From: Minisyncoccota bacterium
GTDB taxonomy: Bacteria > Patescibacteriota > Minisyncoccia > Phycocordibacterales > DATDWN01
Direction: 5' to 3'
Length of the DNA: 64,000 bases
NCBI GenBank assembly: GCA_041674105.1
Contig: JBAYWK010000001.1
Span: 82,190 to 146,189, forward strand
The notes below the pieces were generated by a model. That model saw only the letters and a list, made by a program, of their open reading frames with translations, searched no databases and was not told where the DNA came from. Shown here one piece after another: positions 48,226 through 58,129 of the stretch; position 1 is the first letter of the stretch, and each line of letters starts with the position of its first letter. A program made the translations under genes and the position numbers.

Positions 48226-48412
48226 GAACTTGATTATTATACACGAGCAAAAAATAAAAACAAAATTGGAAGATCTTGTGGTCACAAGTAATTTTGGTTC
48301 CGTATAACCAAAATTCTTTCGACCCCACTTCGCCTGTTTTTCTGGTTAAAAACATGGCTCCGGCCGGCACAAGTATCAAAAAACATGGAGCAGTCCATAT
48401 TTTTCTGTCTTG

Positions 48413-48484
48413 TGCCCCCGCCAGGAATTGAACCCAGATCAACGGTTCCGAAGACCGCTACTTTATCCGTTAAGCTACGGGGGC
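48413..48484 (-). tRNA. tRNA-Arg (anticodon UCG).
   Basis: GCCCCCGUAGCUUAACGGAUAAAGUAGCGGUCUUCGGAACCGUUGAUCUGGGUUCAAUUCCUGGCGGGGGCA. Confidence 0.85.
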
Positions 48485-48569
48485 AATACTAATATCATAT
48501 ATGTTTTCAAACTGGTTTACTAGTAGTAGCTTTATAAAATATAGCTAAAATGATAGTATTATTTTTGAT

Positions 48570-50042
48570 ATGAATAAGAATTTCAACATACCAAAAGAGG
48601 TTTCATATGTAACAGAAGAGCTAGAAAAGGCTGGTTTTGAGGCTTTTCTGGTAGGTGGGTGTGTTAGAGACCTTATCTTAGGTAAAAAACCTAAAGACTG
48701 GGATGTTACAACAAACGCAACCCCCGAAGAAATTTCTCCGATATTTAAAGATACTTTTTATGAAAATGACTTTGGAACTGTTGGTATAGTGAATGAAGAT
48801 GTAGATGACCCTAGTCTAAAAGTTATAGAAGTAACTCCTTACAGGGTAGAATCAGGTTATTCAGATAATAGACATCCTGACAAAGTTAGTTTTAGCCAAA
48901 ATATAGAGGATGATCTACAAAGAAGGGACTTCACAATGAACGCTCTTGCATATTCTGTCCTTGATAAAAAACTTGTTGACCTTTATAAAGGACAGGATGA
49001 TATAAAGGACAAAATAATAAGAACGGTAGGGAAGCCGGAGGAAAGATTTAAAGAAGACGGCCTTAGAATACTCAGGGCTGTTAGATTTCAATCTGAGCTA
49101 GGATTTGAAATAGAAAAAGAAACAGAAAAAGCTATTCTAGAGAATTCTAATTTACTAAAGAACATATCTAAAGAGAGAATAGGGGAGGAATTTACAAAAA
49201 TTATTATGTCAAACTCTCCTATGCTAGGAATCTCTAAAATGAAGAGTTTGGGTATACTAGAGTATGTCGTACCTGAATTATTAGAATCTATTGGTGTAGA
49301 GCAAAATAAGGCCCATTCATACGATGTCTGGGAGCATCTACTTAGATCTGTTCAACATTCTGCCGATAAAAAATACCCTTTGGAAATAAGGTTGTCTGCC
49401 TTGTTTCATGATATATCCAAACCTCACAGTAGGAGATGGGGTAAGGAACAAAGCCAATGGACTTTCTACGGACATGAGGTCATTGGTTCACGTGTAACAA
49501 AAAAGATACTAGAAAGATTAAAATATCCAAAGAAAGTAATAGATAAAGTATCTAAGATGGTTAGATGGCATATGTTTTTCTCTGATACTGAGCAAATAAC
49601 CCTTTCTGCTGTGAGGAGAATGATTGTTAATGTCGGTAGGGAGAATATATGGGACCTGATGGATCTAAGGATATGTGACCGAATAGGAACAGGTAGACCC
49701 AAAGAAGACCCTTACAGATTGAGAAAATACCATTCTATGATAGAAGAAGCCCTTAGAGATCCTATATCTGTTGGAATGTTAAAAATAGATGGAAAAAGAA
49801 TAATGGATGTTACACATGTAACACCCGGACCTAAAATAGGGTATATGCTGCACGCTCTACTAGAAGAAGTTCTAGACGACCCAACAAAAAATACAGAGGA
49901 TTATCTTGAAAATAGAACACTGGAGCTTATAAATATGAGTGAAACTGATCTTAGAAAGCTTGGTGAGGAAGGTAAAAAGACCAGAGAAGAGTTGGATGAG
50001 GAGGAGATAAAGGAAATACGCAAGAAACACTGGGTTAAATAA
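48570..50042 (+). CDS. cca: CCA-adding enzyme / poly(A) polymerase-family tRNA nucleotidyltransferase with an HD domain.
   Basis: The head domain is FLVGGCVRDLILGKKPKDWDVTT and the HD motif is LFHDISKP. Confidence 0.85.
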   Translation: MNKNFNIPKEVSYVTEELEKAGFEAFLVGGCVRDLILGKKPKDWDVTTNATPEEISPIFKDTFYENDFGTVGIVNEDVDDPSLKVIEVTPYRVESGYSDNRHPDKVSFSQNIEDDLQRRDFTMNALAYSVLDKKLVDLYKGQDDIKDKIIRTVGKPEERFKEDGLRILRAVRFQSELGFEIEKETEKAILENSNLLKNISKERIGEEFTKIIMSNSPMLGISKMKSLGILEYVVPELLESIGVEQNKAHSYDVWEHLLRSVQHSADKKYPLEIRLSALFHDISKPHSRRWGKEQSQWTFYGHEVIGSRVTKKILERLKYPKKVIDKVSKMVRWHMFFSDTEQITLSAVRRMIVNVGRENIWDLMDLRICDRIGTGRPKEDPYRLRKYHSMIEEALRDPISVGMLKIDGKRIMDVTHVTPGPKIGYMLHALLEEVLDDPTKNTEDYLENRTLELINMSETDLRKLGEEGKKTREELDEEEIKEIRKKHWVK

Positions 50043-50411
50043 TAAAAAAAACCGCTCAATCATGAGCGAAGTTTAGGGATCGCAATGATTAGAGACGGTT
50101 TGGGTAAAAGTATTACTCAGTAAGATATTAGTACGGATACAATATCGCAAAAATTAAAAATAGTAGATAAAAATGAGGATATTTTGATCTTCTATACCAA
50201 TAAAAACCAAATAATCTTTTAAGTAGAGGCCCTGCAGAGCCAAAAGTACACTATACACTATGCTTTTTAAAGAACAAATATCATTTTTGTCCGGGGTTTA
50301 TCGGACATCAATGAAGATCTGAGGTTATTATAGCAACCATAAAAGACTAGTAAAGGACTACCTTGTGGATAACTGTCTTATATAAAAAATATATAGGACA
50401 TTTAATGTCTT

Positions 50412-51215
50412 TTATATATTCAGATTTATATTTAACTCAACAGGACAGTGATCAGATCCCATGACTTTAGGTAAAATATTCGAACTTTTTATTTTTTTCA
50501 ATAGTTTTTTGCTAGTAAAAAAATAATCTATTCTCCAACCAACATTCCTTGCTCTAGCATTGGCCCAATGTGTCCACCAAGTATAGTGACCATTACCTTT
50601 TGTAAATAATCTGAAAGTGTCTGTAAAACCATTCTCTATTATTTTATCTATTCCAAGCCGTTCTTCTTTTGTAAAACCATGCTCTTCTTCATTTTGTTTT
50701 GGGTTTGCTAAATCATCTTCTGTATGTGCAACATTTAAATCACCACAAAAAATTACAGGCTTACTTTTTTCAAGATTATTTACATATTCTAGAAAAGCCG
50801 GATCCCATTTTTTGTGTCTCAAAGAAAGTCTGCTCAAATCGCCTTTGGAGTTTGGGGTATAGACAGTCACTAAATAAAACCCAGAATACTCAGCTGTCAA
50901 AACCCTTCCTTCTTTGTTTGGATCTCCGTACTGATCCTTTTCAATTTTATATTTTTTAACTATGTCTTCTGGAAAATTGGATGAAACTGAAATAGGTTTT
51001 TTCTTACTGAAAATAGCCGTGCCACTATATCCCGCCTTGTCCGCTGAGTTCCAATATTCTTCATAATCTTTCAAATCAACTTCATTTTGATCCTGCTTGG
51101 CTTTGGTTTCTTGGAGACATATTATGTCTGGGTCTATTTCTTTGAGAAAGGGGACGAAGAGTCCTTTTTTATTAACTGCTCTTATTCCATTTACGTTCCA
51201 AGAAATTATTTTCAT
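50412..51215 (-). CDS. xth: Exodeoxyribonuclease III (AP endonuclease).
   Basis: MKIISWNVNGIRA…DIICLQETK…SDHCPV. Confidence 0.9.
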   Translation of the reverse strand: MKIISWNVNGIRAVNKKGLFVPFLKEIDPDIICLQETKAKQDQNEVDLKDYEEYWNSADKAGYSGTAIFSKKKPISVSSNFPEDIVKKYKIEKDQYGDPNKEGRVLTAEYSGFYLVTVYTPNSKGDLSRLSLRHKKWDPAFLEYVNNLEKSKPVIFCGDLNVAHTEDDLANPKQNEEEHGFTKEERLGIDKIIENGFTDTFRLFTKGNGHYTWWTHWANARARNVGWRIDYFFTSKKLLKKIKSSNILPKVMGSDHCPVELNINLNI

Positions 51216-51251
51216 TTTTTTATATTATCACAATTATTCTGCTTAATTGTT

Positions 51252-52184
51252 TTATTCTCCCTTACTATGAAACTTTTTATGAATATCCTTTAAATGCTTA
51301 TCTGTAACATGAGTGTATATCTGTGTTGTTCCAATATTAGCATGACCCAAAAGGGCTTGGACGGAGCGGAGGTCTGCGCCGTTGGATAAAAGGTCTGTGG
51401 CAAAAAGATGTCGCATCATATGGGGAGTAACTTTTTTTGATATTCCAGCCTTTATTGCCAATTGTTTTACTATTCTTTCTACTGATCTCTTTGTCAAACC
51501 CATATCTTCTCCCTTTCTAGAAATCTTTTTTGGAGAATTTAGAGAAACTTTTATAAATAAAGCATCGTCCATATCTTTTCTTTTTGATAAATAATCTTTT
51601 AGGACTCTTTTTGCTTTGTCAGAAATGAAAACAACACGAACCTTTCCACCTTTTCCACGAATAGATATTTCATCGGAGTGAAGATCTATATCTCTAGGTA
51701 AGGCACACAGCTCAGAGACACGAAGTCCTGTTGAAAAAAGAAGCTCCAGTATAGCTCTATCTCTGAAATTCTTTAAATCATTTCCAGAAGGAGAAGAGAG
51801 TAGCCTTTTGAGCTCTGTATCGGTTATCAAATCCAAGGATCTTTCGGAGACTTTTGCCAGCTCAATCCTCTCGGCTGGTAAAGTTTTGACTTCCTGCCTA
51901 GCCATATATTTTAGAAACGCTCTGAGAGCTATCAAATAATAGTTTTGAGTCTTTCTGCTGAGTGTTTCATTTAGTTTTCCTAAATTTTTTAAAGGCTGTC
52001 TGTTTAGCCAAAGACGAAACTCTCTGACGGAGGTATCAGTGATATCAGAAGGGGAGTCTTTCTTTAAGTAATCCAGGAAACGAGTCAAATATCTATCGTA
52101 GTTTTCAACAGTTTTAACAGAACGACCTCTTTCTATTTCTATATATTCGAGAAATTGTTGTTTTAATTGTTTAAGAGAAGCCAT
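51252..52184 (-). CDS. Tyrosine recombinase XerC/XerD-like.
   Basis: The C-terminal catalytic motifs are …HMMRHLFATDLLSNGADLRSVQALLGHANIGTTQIYTHV. The start was trimmed to the MASLKQ Met. Confidence 0.85.
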   Translation of the reverse strand: MASLKQLKQQFLEYIEIERGRSVKTVENYDRYLTRFLDYLKKDSPSDITDTSVREFRLWLNRQPLKNLGKLNETLSRKTQNYYLIALRAFLKYMARQEVKTLPAERIELAKVSERSLDLITDTELKRLLSSPSGNDLKNFRDRAILELLFSTGLRVSELCALPRDIDLHSDEISIRGKGGKVRVVFISDKAKRVLKDYLSKRKDMDDALFIKVSLNSPKKISRKGEDMGLTKRSVERIVKQLAIKAGISKKVTPHMMRHLFATDLLSNGADLRSVQALLGHANIGTTQIYTHVTDKHLKDIHKKFHSKGE

Positions 52185-52293
52185 ATTACTAAAAGTATAC
52201 CACAAAACCGTGTCGCACAATATTTTTGATCTCAAAAGAAGCTTTTTTAATAGATATTGCAAAAAATAGTCATTTATGCTATTCTCTACAGAC

Positions 52294-52560
52294 ATGCTTG
52301 CAAAAACAAAGAAATCAAGAATAATCAAGGAAGTACAGGTTCATGACACCGATACTGGCTCTCCTGAGGTTCAAATAGCTATTCTAAATAAGCGCATAGA
52401 CGAGCTTGCTTCTCATTTAAAGAAAAATAACAAAGATAACCACTCAAGAAGAGGTTTACTCCAAATGGTGGCTGATAGAAAGACTCATATGAAGTATCTA
52501 GAAAAGAAAAATCCAAAAAGATACAGTGCTCTTGTAAAAAAGCTAGGTTTGAAGAAATAG
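52294..52560 (+). CDS. rpsO: 30S ribosomal protein S15.
   Basis: MLAKTKKSRIIKEVQVHDTDTGSPEVQIAILNKRIDELASHLKKN…. Confidence 0.9.
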   Translation: MLAKTKKSRIIKEVQVHDTDTGSPEVQIAILNKRIDELASHLKKNNKDNHSRRGLLQMVADRKTHMKYLEKKNPKRYSALVKKLGLKK

Positions 52561-52673
52561 ATTTCAAAAAACAGGCCGAAAAGCTTGTTTTTTGTTTTAA
52601 GAGGCATAAAGAGGTACTATTAACATATAATTTTTAGTAAATTAAAACTTATTTTATTATTAAATAAAACATT

Positions 52674-53216
52674 ATGGCAGTAATTAAACACAAAAACCAA
52701 AGGGTTGGAATTTTTATAGATACACAAAACCTTTATCACACAGCTAGACATATATATGGAGCAAAAGTTAATTTTGACCAAGTTGTCAAAGATACTCTGG
52801 CTGGTAGATTTTTAATACGAGCAATTGCTTATGTTATAACCACAGAAAGTGGTGAAGAAAAAAGTTTCTTTGAAGCTTTAGGTAAAGCTGGTATAGAAAC
52901 TAAAACAAAAAACTTACAAATATTCTCAGGTGGAGCTAAAAAAGCGGATTGGGATGTTGGTCTAGCGGTAGATGCTATAAAAATGGCTCCGAAACTAGAC
53001 GCTATAATACTGGTAACAGGAGACGGAGATTTTGTTCCTCTTGTAGAATACTTAAAGATAAATGAAGGTTGCCAAGTAGAAGTAGTTTCTTTCGGCAGAT
53101 CTTCATCAGCTAAACTTATAGAGGTTTGTGATGATTTTATAGATTTAGATAAAAACGCAAAGAAATACCTAATGAACCAACCTAGGAGAGGTAAAAAAGA
53201 GGAGGCTACTAAATAA
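52674..53216 (+). CDS. NYN-domain (LabA-like) putative ribonuclease.
   Basis: …VGIFIDTQNLY…ILVTGDGDFVPLVEY… matches NYN motifs. Confidence 0.7.
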   Translation: MAVIKHKNQRVGIFIDTQNLYHTARHIYGAKVNFDQVVKDTLAGRFLIRAIAYVITTESGEEKSFFEALGKAGIETKTKNLQIFSGGAKKADWDVGLAVDAIKMAPKLDAIILVTGDGDFVPLVEYLKINEGCQVEVVSFGRSSSAKLIEVCDDFIDLDKNAKKYLMNQPRRGKKEEATK

Positions 53217-53311
53217 TAGATTGGTAAAAACTAAAAACTGACAGGCAAAGTCAGTTTTTAGTTGGTTTAAATAAATTTAATTTGATAAAATAAAGAATAA
53301 GCTCCTTTATT

Positions 53312-54205
53312 ATGGAAAAAGAAAAAGTAGAAAATCTAAATGATAATATATCGAAAACAGCTCCTCCTGTTTATTCTAAACAAAAACTTAAAGCCCTGAG
53401 AACATACCAAGGAGATATGCAAGAACTTATCTCTGAAACAAATGCTTCTGTCGCGACCATTGCTATAGCAGAACAAAAAAGGAAAGTCGAGAAGAATTTT
53501 AAAGAAGAAGTCCAAAAATATGAAGTTAAAAACAAATTTCTGGTTGTTTTAGGTATCACTTTGTTTATATTAGGAATAATAACAATAGGAACTGTTTATT
53601 TCTTTCAATCAAGAGGAACCGAGGTGGTATCTGAAACGGATAAGACAATCGTCGCTTTCTCTGAAAAGAAACCTATCATTACAAATACAAGACAAAGTGT
53701 TGTTTCCGAAATAGGAACTCAAATAAAAGACTGGGATATGCCGGCAAATTCTGTTTTATTTTTAGATTTTACAGACTCTATGGAAAATATAATTCCATCT
53801 AACGTAGAAAAGACCATCCCTCTAATCGGACCAACTATTCCACCAAATCTTCTAAGAAGTTTAAAAAATGATTATATGGTGGGAATATACTCTTTTGACA
53901 AGAATGTTCCTTTTATAATTCTAAAATCCAATGATTTTGGGATAAGTTTTTCAGGAATGCTTAAATGGGAAGAAACTATTTTGAAAGATTTAGATTTTAT
54001 GTTTAATCTAGAAGGGGATACTTCCGAATACACTTTCCAAGATGAGTCTTTTAAAAATAAAGACCTCCGAATAGTGAAGAATAAAGAAAGGCAAACTGTA
54101 TTTCTTTATTCATTTTTAGATAGGGAAACAATCCTTATCACCTCTAACGAAGACGCTTTCAACGCCCTACTTGGAAAATATGTAAACAGTAAAATGGTAC
54201 GCTAA
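53312..54205 (+). CDS. Membrane-anchored hypothetical protein.
   Basis: A single TM helix KFLVVLGITLFILGIITIGTVYFF is present. No family was recognised. Confidence 0.45.
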   Translation: MEKEKVENLNDNISKTAPPVYSKQKLKALRTYQGDMQELISETNASVATIAIAEQKRKVEKNFKEEVQKYEVKNKFLVVLGITLFILGIITIGTVYFFQSRGTEVVSETDKTIVAFSEKKPIITNTRQSVVSEIGTQIKDWDMPANSVLFLDFTDSMENIIPSNVEKTIPLIGPTIPPNLLRSLKNDYMVGIYSFDKNVPFIILKSNDFGISFSGMLKWEETILKDLDFMFNLEGDTSEYTFQDESFKNKDLRIVKNKERQTVFLYSFLDRETILITSNEDAFNALLGKYVNSKMVR

Positions 54206-54247
54206 AAATTGATTGATTTACTATATATTTGGTGGTAAAATTGGGGT

Positions 54248-54610
54248 ATGGAACTAGATGTAAAACATTTTAAAGAGCTTTTAGAAAAAGAAAAAACAAC
54301 TTTAGAAAAAGAACTTAAAACCGTAGGGAGAAGAAACCCAGATAATCCTACTGATTGGGAAGCTACTGAGCCGGATATGGGTTCAACAGGAGCAGATATG
54401 AACGAAGTCGCTGATTCAATGGAAGAATTCGGAAACAATAAAGGAATTCTAGACCAACTTGAAGCGAGACTATGGGAAGTAAACAAAGCCCTAAAGAAAA
54501 TAGAAGAGGGAACATATGGAATATGTGAGGTATCTGGAGAACAAATAGAACTAGATAGACTAGAAGCAAATCCTGCTGCGGCGACAAACAAGGCTCATAT
54601 GAATGACTAA
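54248..54610 (+). CDS. DksA/TraR-like protein lacking the Cys4 zinc finger.
   Basis: A coiled-coil N-terminus is followed by a C-terminal GTYGICEVSGEQIELDRLEANPAA that resembles the DksA C-terminal region, with only one Cys. Confidence 0.45.
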   Translation: MELDVKHFKELLEKEKTTLEKELKTVGRRNPDNPTDWEATEPDMGSTGADMNEVADSMEEFGNNKGILDQLEARLWEVNKALKKIEEGTYGICEVSGEQIELDRLEANPAAATNKAHMND

Positions 54611-54618
54611 ACAAAAAT

Positions 54619-56181
54619 ATGAGCGTCTCAAAAGTGTACAGTAGCCAGACAAGTTTCCTAGACGCTCAAATAATTGATATTGAAGTAGATCTTTCAAAAG
54701 GTCTACATTCTTTTTCTATTGTTGGCTTAGCAAATAAATCTGTAGATGAATCAAAAGACAGGGTTTCTGCTTCAATAAAAAATTCTGGCTTTAAATCTCC
54801 AAAAAATAAAAATCAAAAAATAGTAGTATCCCTAGCTCCGGCTGACATAAAAAAGGAAGGGCCTCTTTTTGACTTGCCTATAGCTATTGCTTATCTTATT
54901 GCCTCCGGAGATATTAAAGCAGATACTCAAAAAAGGCTTTTTGTAGGAGAATTGTCTTTAGATGGAAAGTTAAGAAAAATAAAAGGAGCTCTGCCCATTA
55001 CCAAGAAAGCAAAATCTTCTGGTTTTACAGAAATCTTTCTACCGAAAGAAAATGCTGATTAAGCTTCTACTATAAAAGGTATTAAAATATACGGAGCCGA
55101 TAATCTTTCAGAGGTTTTGGGGCACATAAATGAAACAAAAGATGATGCAGAAAATGAAATAATACCAAAATTTACCATAGAACCTCATATTAAAAATAAA
55201 GATTTAGAAAAAACGAGGGAAATAGATATAGATTTTTCTGACGTAAAAGGACAAGAATCTGCCAAAAGAGGACTAGAAATAGCTGCAGCTGGTGGACACA
55301 ACATAATAATGTATGGACCTCCTGGAACAGGAAAGACTATGCTTGCTCGTGCCTTTACACATCTTTTACCCCCTCTTTCTTTTGACGATATGTTGGAAGT
55401 GACTTCTATCTATTCTATAGGAGGCGAGCTTCAAGATAGCCTGGTAAAACATCCACCTTTTAGATCTCCACATCACACAGCTTCTTATGTTTCGTTGGTA
55501 GGAGGAGGGAGTAATTTGAAACCCGGAGAAGTTACATTGGCTCATAAAGGGGTGTTATTTTTAGATGAACTACCAGAATTTGATACAAAAGTTTTGGAAA
55601 CTTTAAGGCAACCTTTGGAAGATAGGTTTGTGACTATTTCAAGAGCAAAAGGAAGTGTAAAATACCCAGCAGACTTTATTTTGATTGCCACAATGAATCC
55701 TTGCTCTTGTGGAAATTATGGAATAAAAGGAAAAGAATGTACTTGCTCAGCGGTCCAATTGGAAAGATACAAAAGAAAACTCTCTGGACCTATCGTTGAT
55801 CGTATAGATATGTGGGTAGAAGTTTCCTTAATAGAACACGAAAAATTAACAGACCCTAGAAACAAACACACTGAAACAAAGATAATAAAAGATAGAGTTT
55901 TAAAAGCCAGAGAAGGACAACAAAAAAGACATAGTAAAATTGGTATAAAAAGCAGGACAAATGCTGAATTATCTTCAAAAGAGTTAATTGAGCATATAAA
56001 ACTCTCAGATAATATAAAAAATATTTTAAATGAATCAGCTAAAAAACTAGACCTGTCTGCCAGGGTCTACCATCGCATAATAAAAATAGCTAGAACAATA
56101 GCCGACTTGGACGAAAGCGACGAAGTAAAAGAAAGTCATATTTTAGAAGCTATACAATACAGACCAAAGAAGTATTTGTAG
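54619..56181 (+). pseudogene. comM: Mg-chelatase-like AAA+ protein YifB/ComM interrupted by a single in-frame TAA at 55060-55062.
   Basis: The N-terminal Lon-like segment (54619..55062) and the AAA+ segment (55117..56181) are in the same frame. Translating through the TAA gives …LPKENAD*ASTIKGIKIYGADNLSEVLGHINE…, which is continuous with the ComM family. Confidence 0.7.
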
Positions 56182-56183
56182 TA

Positions 56184-56678
56184 CTAAAAATCTTTTAGAG
56201 TTTTGATAATATTTTCAACCTCTTCATAACCAGGTAAAAAACTGTAGTTGTATCTAGGAGCAGTAGCAAAAACATAATTTTCATTTTCTCCTCTTTTCGT
56301 TGGGCCAATAGGCGCTGCTGTAGGATATGTTGCAAAATTATTTGACTCCCATTCGCTCCACCTCGCTTTAGTAAATATCTGAATTGGTATATCCATTGTG
56401 GGATTTTCTTCTGTCCAATTTGGATTACGCAACACAACCTCAAAACCTGTGCCTTTACCAGAGCCTTCTGTTATTGGGCCGGATGTAGCTGTGTAACCTT
56501 CCCATGATTTAGTAAGGTATAAAGTAAAACCAAACTCTTCATTTTTATAAATTAAATTATTATTTACTATTTCTTTTTGCCTGTTGTCTTTTGAATTATT
56601 TTTGTTTTGATATAAGCAAAAACCCAAAGAAAAAATGGTTGCAAGAATTAATATGACTAATAGTATTGTTTTTTTCAT
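56184..56678 (-). CDS. Putative secreted protein or lipoprotein, hypothetical.
   Basis: A signal peptide with the lipobox-like LGFC is present. Confidence 0.45.
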   Translation of the reverse strand: MKKTILLVILILATIFSLGFCLYQNKNNSKDNRQKEIVNNNLIYKNEEFGFTLYLTKSWEGYTATSGPITEGSGKGTGFEVVLRNPNWTEENPTMDIPIQIFTKARWSEWESNNFATYPTAAPIGPTKRGENENYVFATAPRYNYSFLPGYEEVENIIKTLKDF

Positions 56679-56735
56679 AATTTTTTGAATTATTAAATTT
56701 ATAATCTTTAGGATTTTTGTTTCAGTTCGAAGTAC

Positions 56736-56862
56736 GAAAAACTTAACAATTTGGATGAAGTCCTAGGCGGATAAGAAAAATGATTTGAGCCTGCCTTGGA
56801 TGCGCAGGTGAAAATTATTTTTTGAAATCCAACAACGGAATTCGCCAAACTGTTAAGTTTTT
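56736..56862. repeat. Repeat family C, copy 2.
   Basis: About 93% identical to 45378..45505. The 3' edge again overlaps the stop codon of a minus-strand gene, the M23 peptidase. Confidence 0.8.
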
Positions 56863-56864
56863 AT

Positions 56865-57878
56865 TTAGAAGGGGTTTTTTCCTCCTCTAACCTCAAAGTG
56901 CAAATGTATTCCAGTAGATTTTCCTGTACTACCCATATATCCAATAGTATCACCTTGGCTTACTTTTTGACCAACGCTTATTGCTGTATTATTTAAGTGG
57001 CCGTACAAAGTCTGAGTTCCATTTGAATGCTTAATAACGATATAAGAACCATAACCCCCATTCCATCCTGAGTTTTTTGAAATAATGACTTCTCCGTCTG
57101 CCGCGGCCATAATCTTGGCATTCAAATAAGAAGCTAGATCTACTCCATTATGACCATGTATTCCCTGAGTCCTTACTCCTCCAACTATAGGTCTTATAAA
57201 ATAACCTGATACAGAAACACTCCCAGATGAAGTTTTAGTATAAAAGCTTGAAGAAGATGTTGTGGTTTTAGTACTTACAGCCAATATTTCACCATCTGGT
57301 ATAAAAATCTTATCCCCAATAGCTATTTTTGAATCTTTTGCTAGATTATTATATTGAAGTATTTCTTCTAGATCACCACTATATTTTTTGGCAATACCTT
57401 GCAAAGTGTCTCCGGACTTAACGGTATGATTTATACCTGATATAGGTAGTATAACAAGCTCTTGTCCAGGGGATATTTGGGTTCCCTTAAGATCGTTTGC
57501 CCAAATAATTGTATTCGTATTTACATTAAAAATCTTAGCTATATCTGAAAGCTTATCTCCTTCACGAACAACATAAACACTAATCTGTCCGTTGTTATAA
57601 ACATATTCTTTACTATCGTAGGGTGTATGAGCTTCTAAAAAAAGAGATGACTCATCTATTATAGAAACGGTTTCTGAAGTAGAAGAAGCTAAAGGTGCTA
57701 CCGCTGCCTGCAAAAGAGCCATATTTTGAGAGTTTGGGTTATTTGTTTCCAAGGCAGAAACATTTGAAGAAAATAAATCTTTTACTACAGAAAAAAAACC
57801 CGCTTCCACAGAAAGAGGTACTATTGCGGATAAGGCAAATATAGAGAAAAACGCAAATCGTGCCTTTATGTTCACCAA
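56865..57878 (-). CDS. Peptidase M23 family protein with two LysM domains.
   Basis: The LysM domains are YVVREGDKLSDIAKIF and HTVKSGDTLQGIAKKY. The M23 motifs are HNGVDLA and GSTGKSTGIHLHFEV. It has a TTG or GTG start. Confidence 0.8.
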   Translation of the reverse strand: MVNIKARFAFFSIFALSAIVPLSVEAGFFSVVKDLFSSNVSALETNNPNSQNMALLQAAVAPLASSTSETVSIIDESSLFLEAHTPYDSKEYVYNNGQISVYVVREGDKLSDIAKIFNVNTNTIIWANDLKGTQISPGQELVILPISGINHTVKSGDTLQGIAKKYSGDLEEILQYNNLAKDSKIAIGDKIFIPDGEILAVSTKTTTSSSSFYTKTSSGSVSVSGYFIRPIVGGVRTQGIHGHNGVDLASYLNAKIMAAADGEVIISKNSGWNGGYGSYIVIKHSNGTQTLYGHLNNTAISVGQKVSQGDTIGYMGSTGKSTGIHLHFEVRGGKNPF

Positions 57879-58129
57879 ATGATTGCTTAATCCCTTCTCG
57901 GCCTTAGTTAGACCTTGAATGTTTTTCAGACCGTCGCAAGGATTTGGATCCTTTTTATTTTCTAAAATAAGTTAAAAATTAAACAATATTCTGAATTTCA
58001 GTATATTTATAGCCATATATACTATAAACTAAAACCTTATCTGTACAGGATACATTATATAGATATTTATATATAAATCAACAAGCAATCCACAGCGAAG
58101 GGAAAATATCCGTATGATATACTTGACCA

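Noticed and set aside
48140-48442. 100-aa minus-strand ORF spanning tRNA-Gly(GCC) and tRNA-Arg.
   Set aside because: It overlaps two tRNA genes and has no coding signal.
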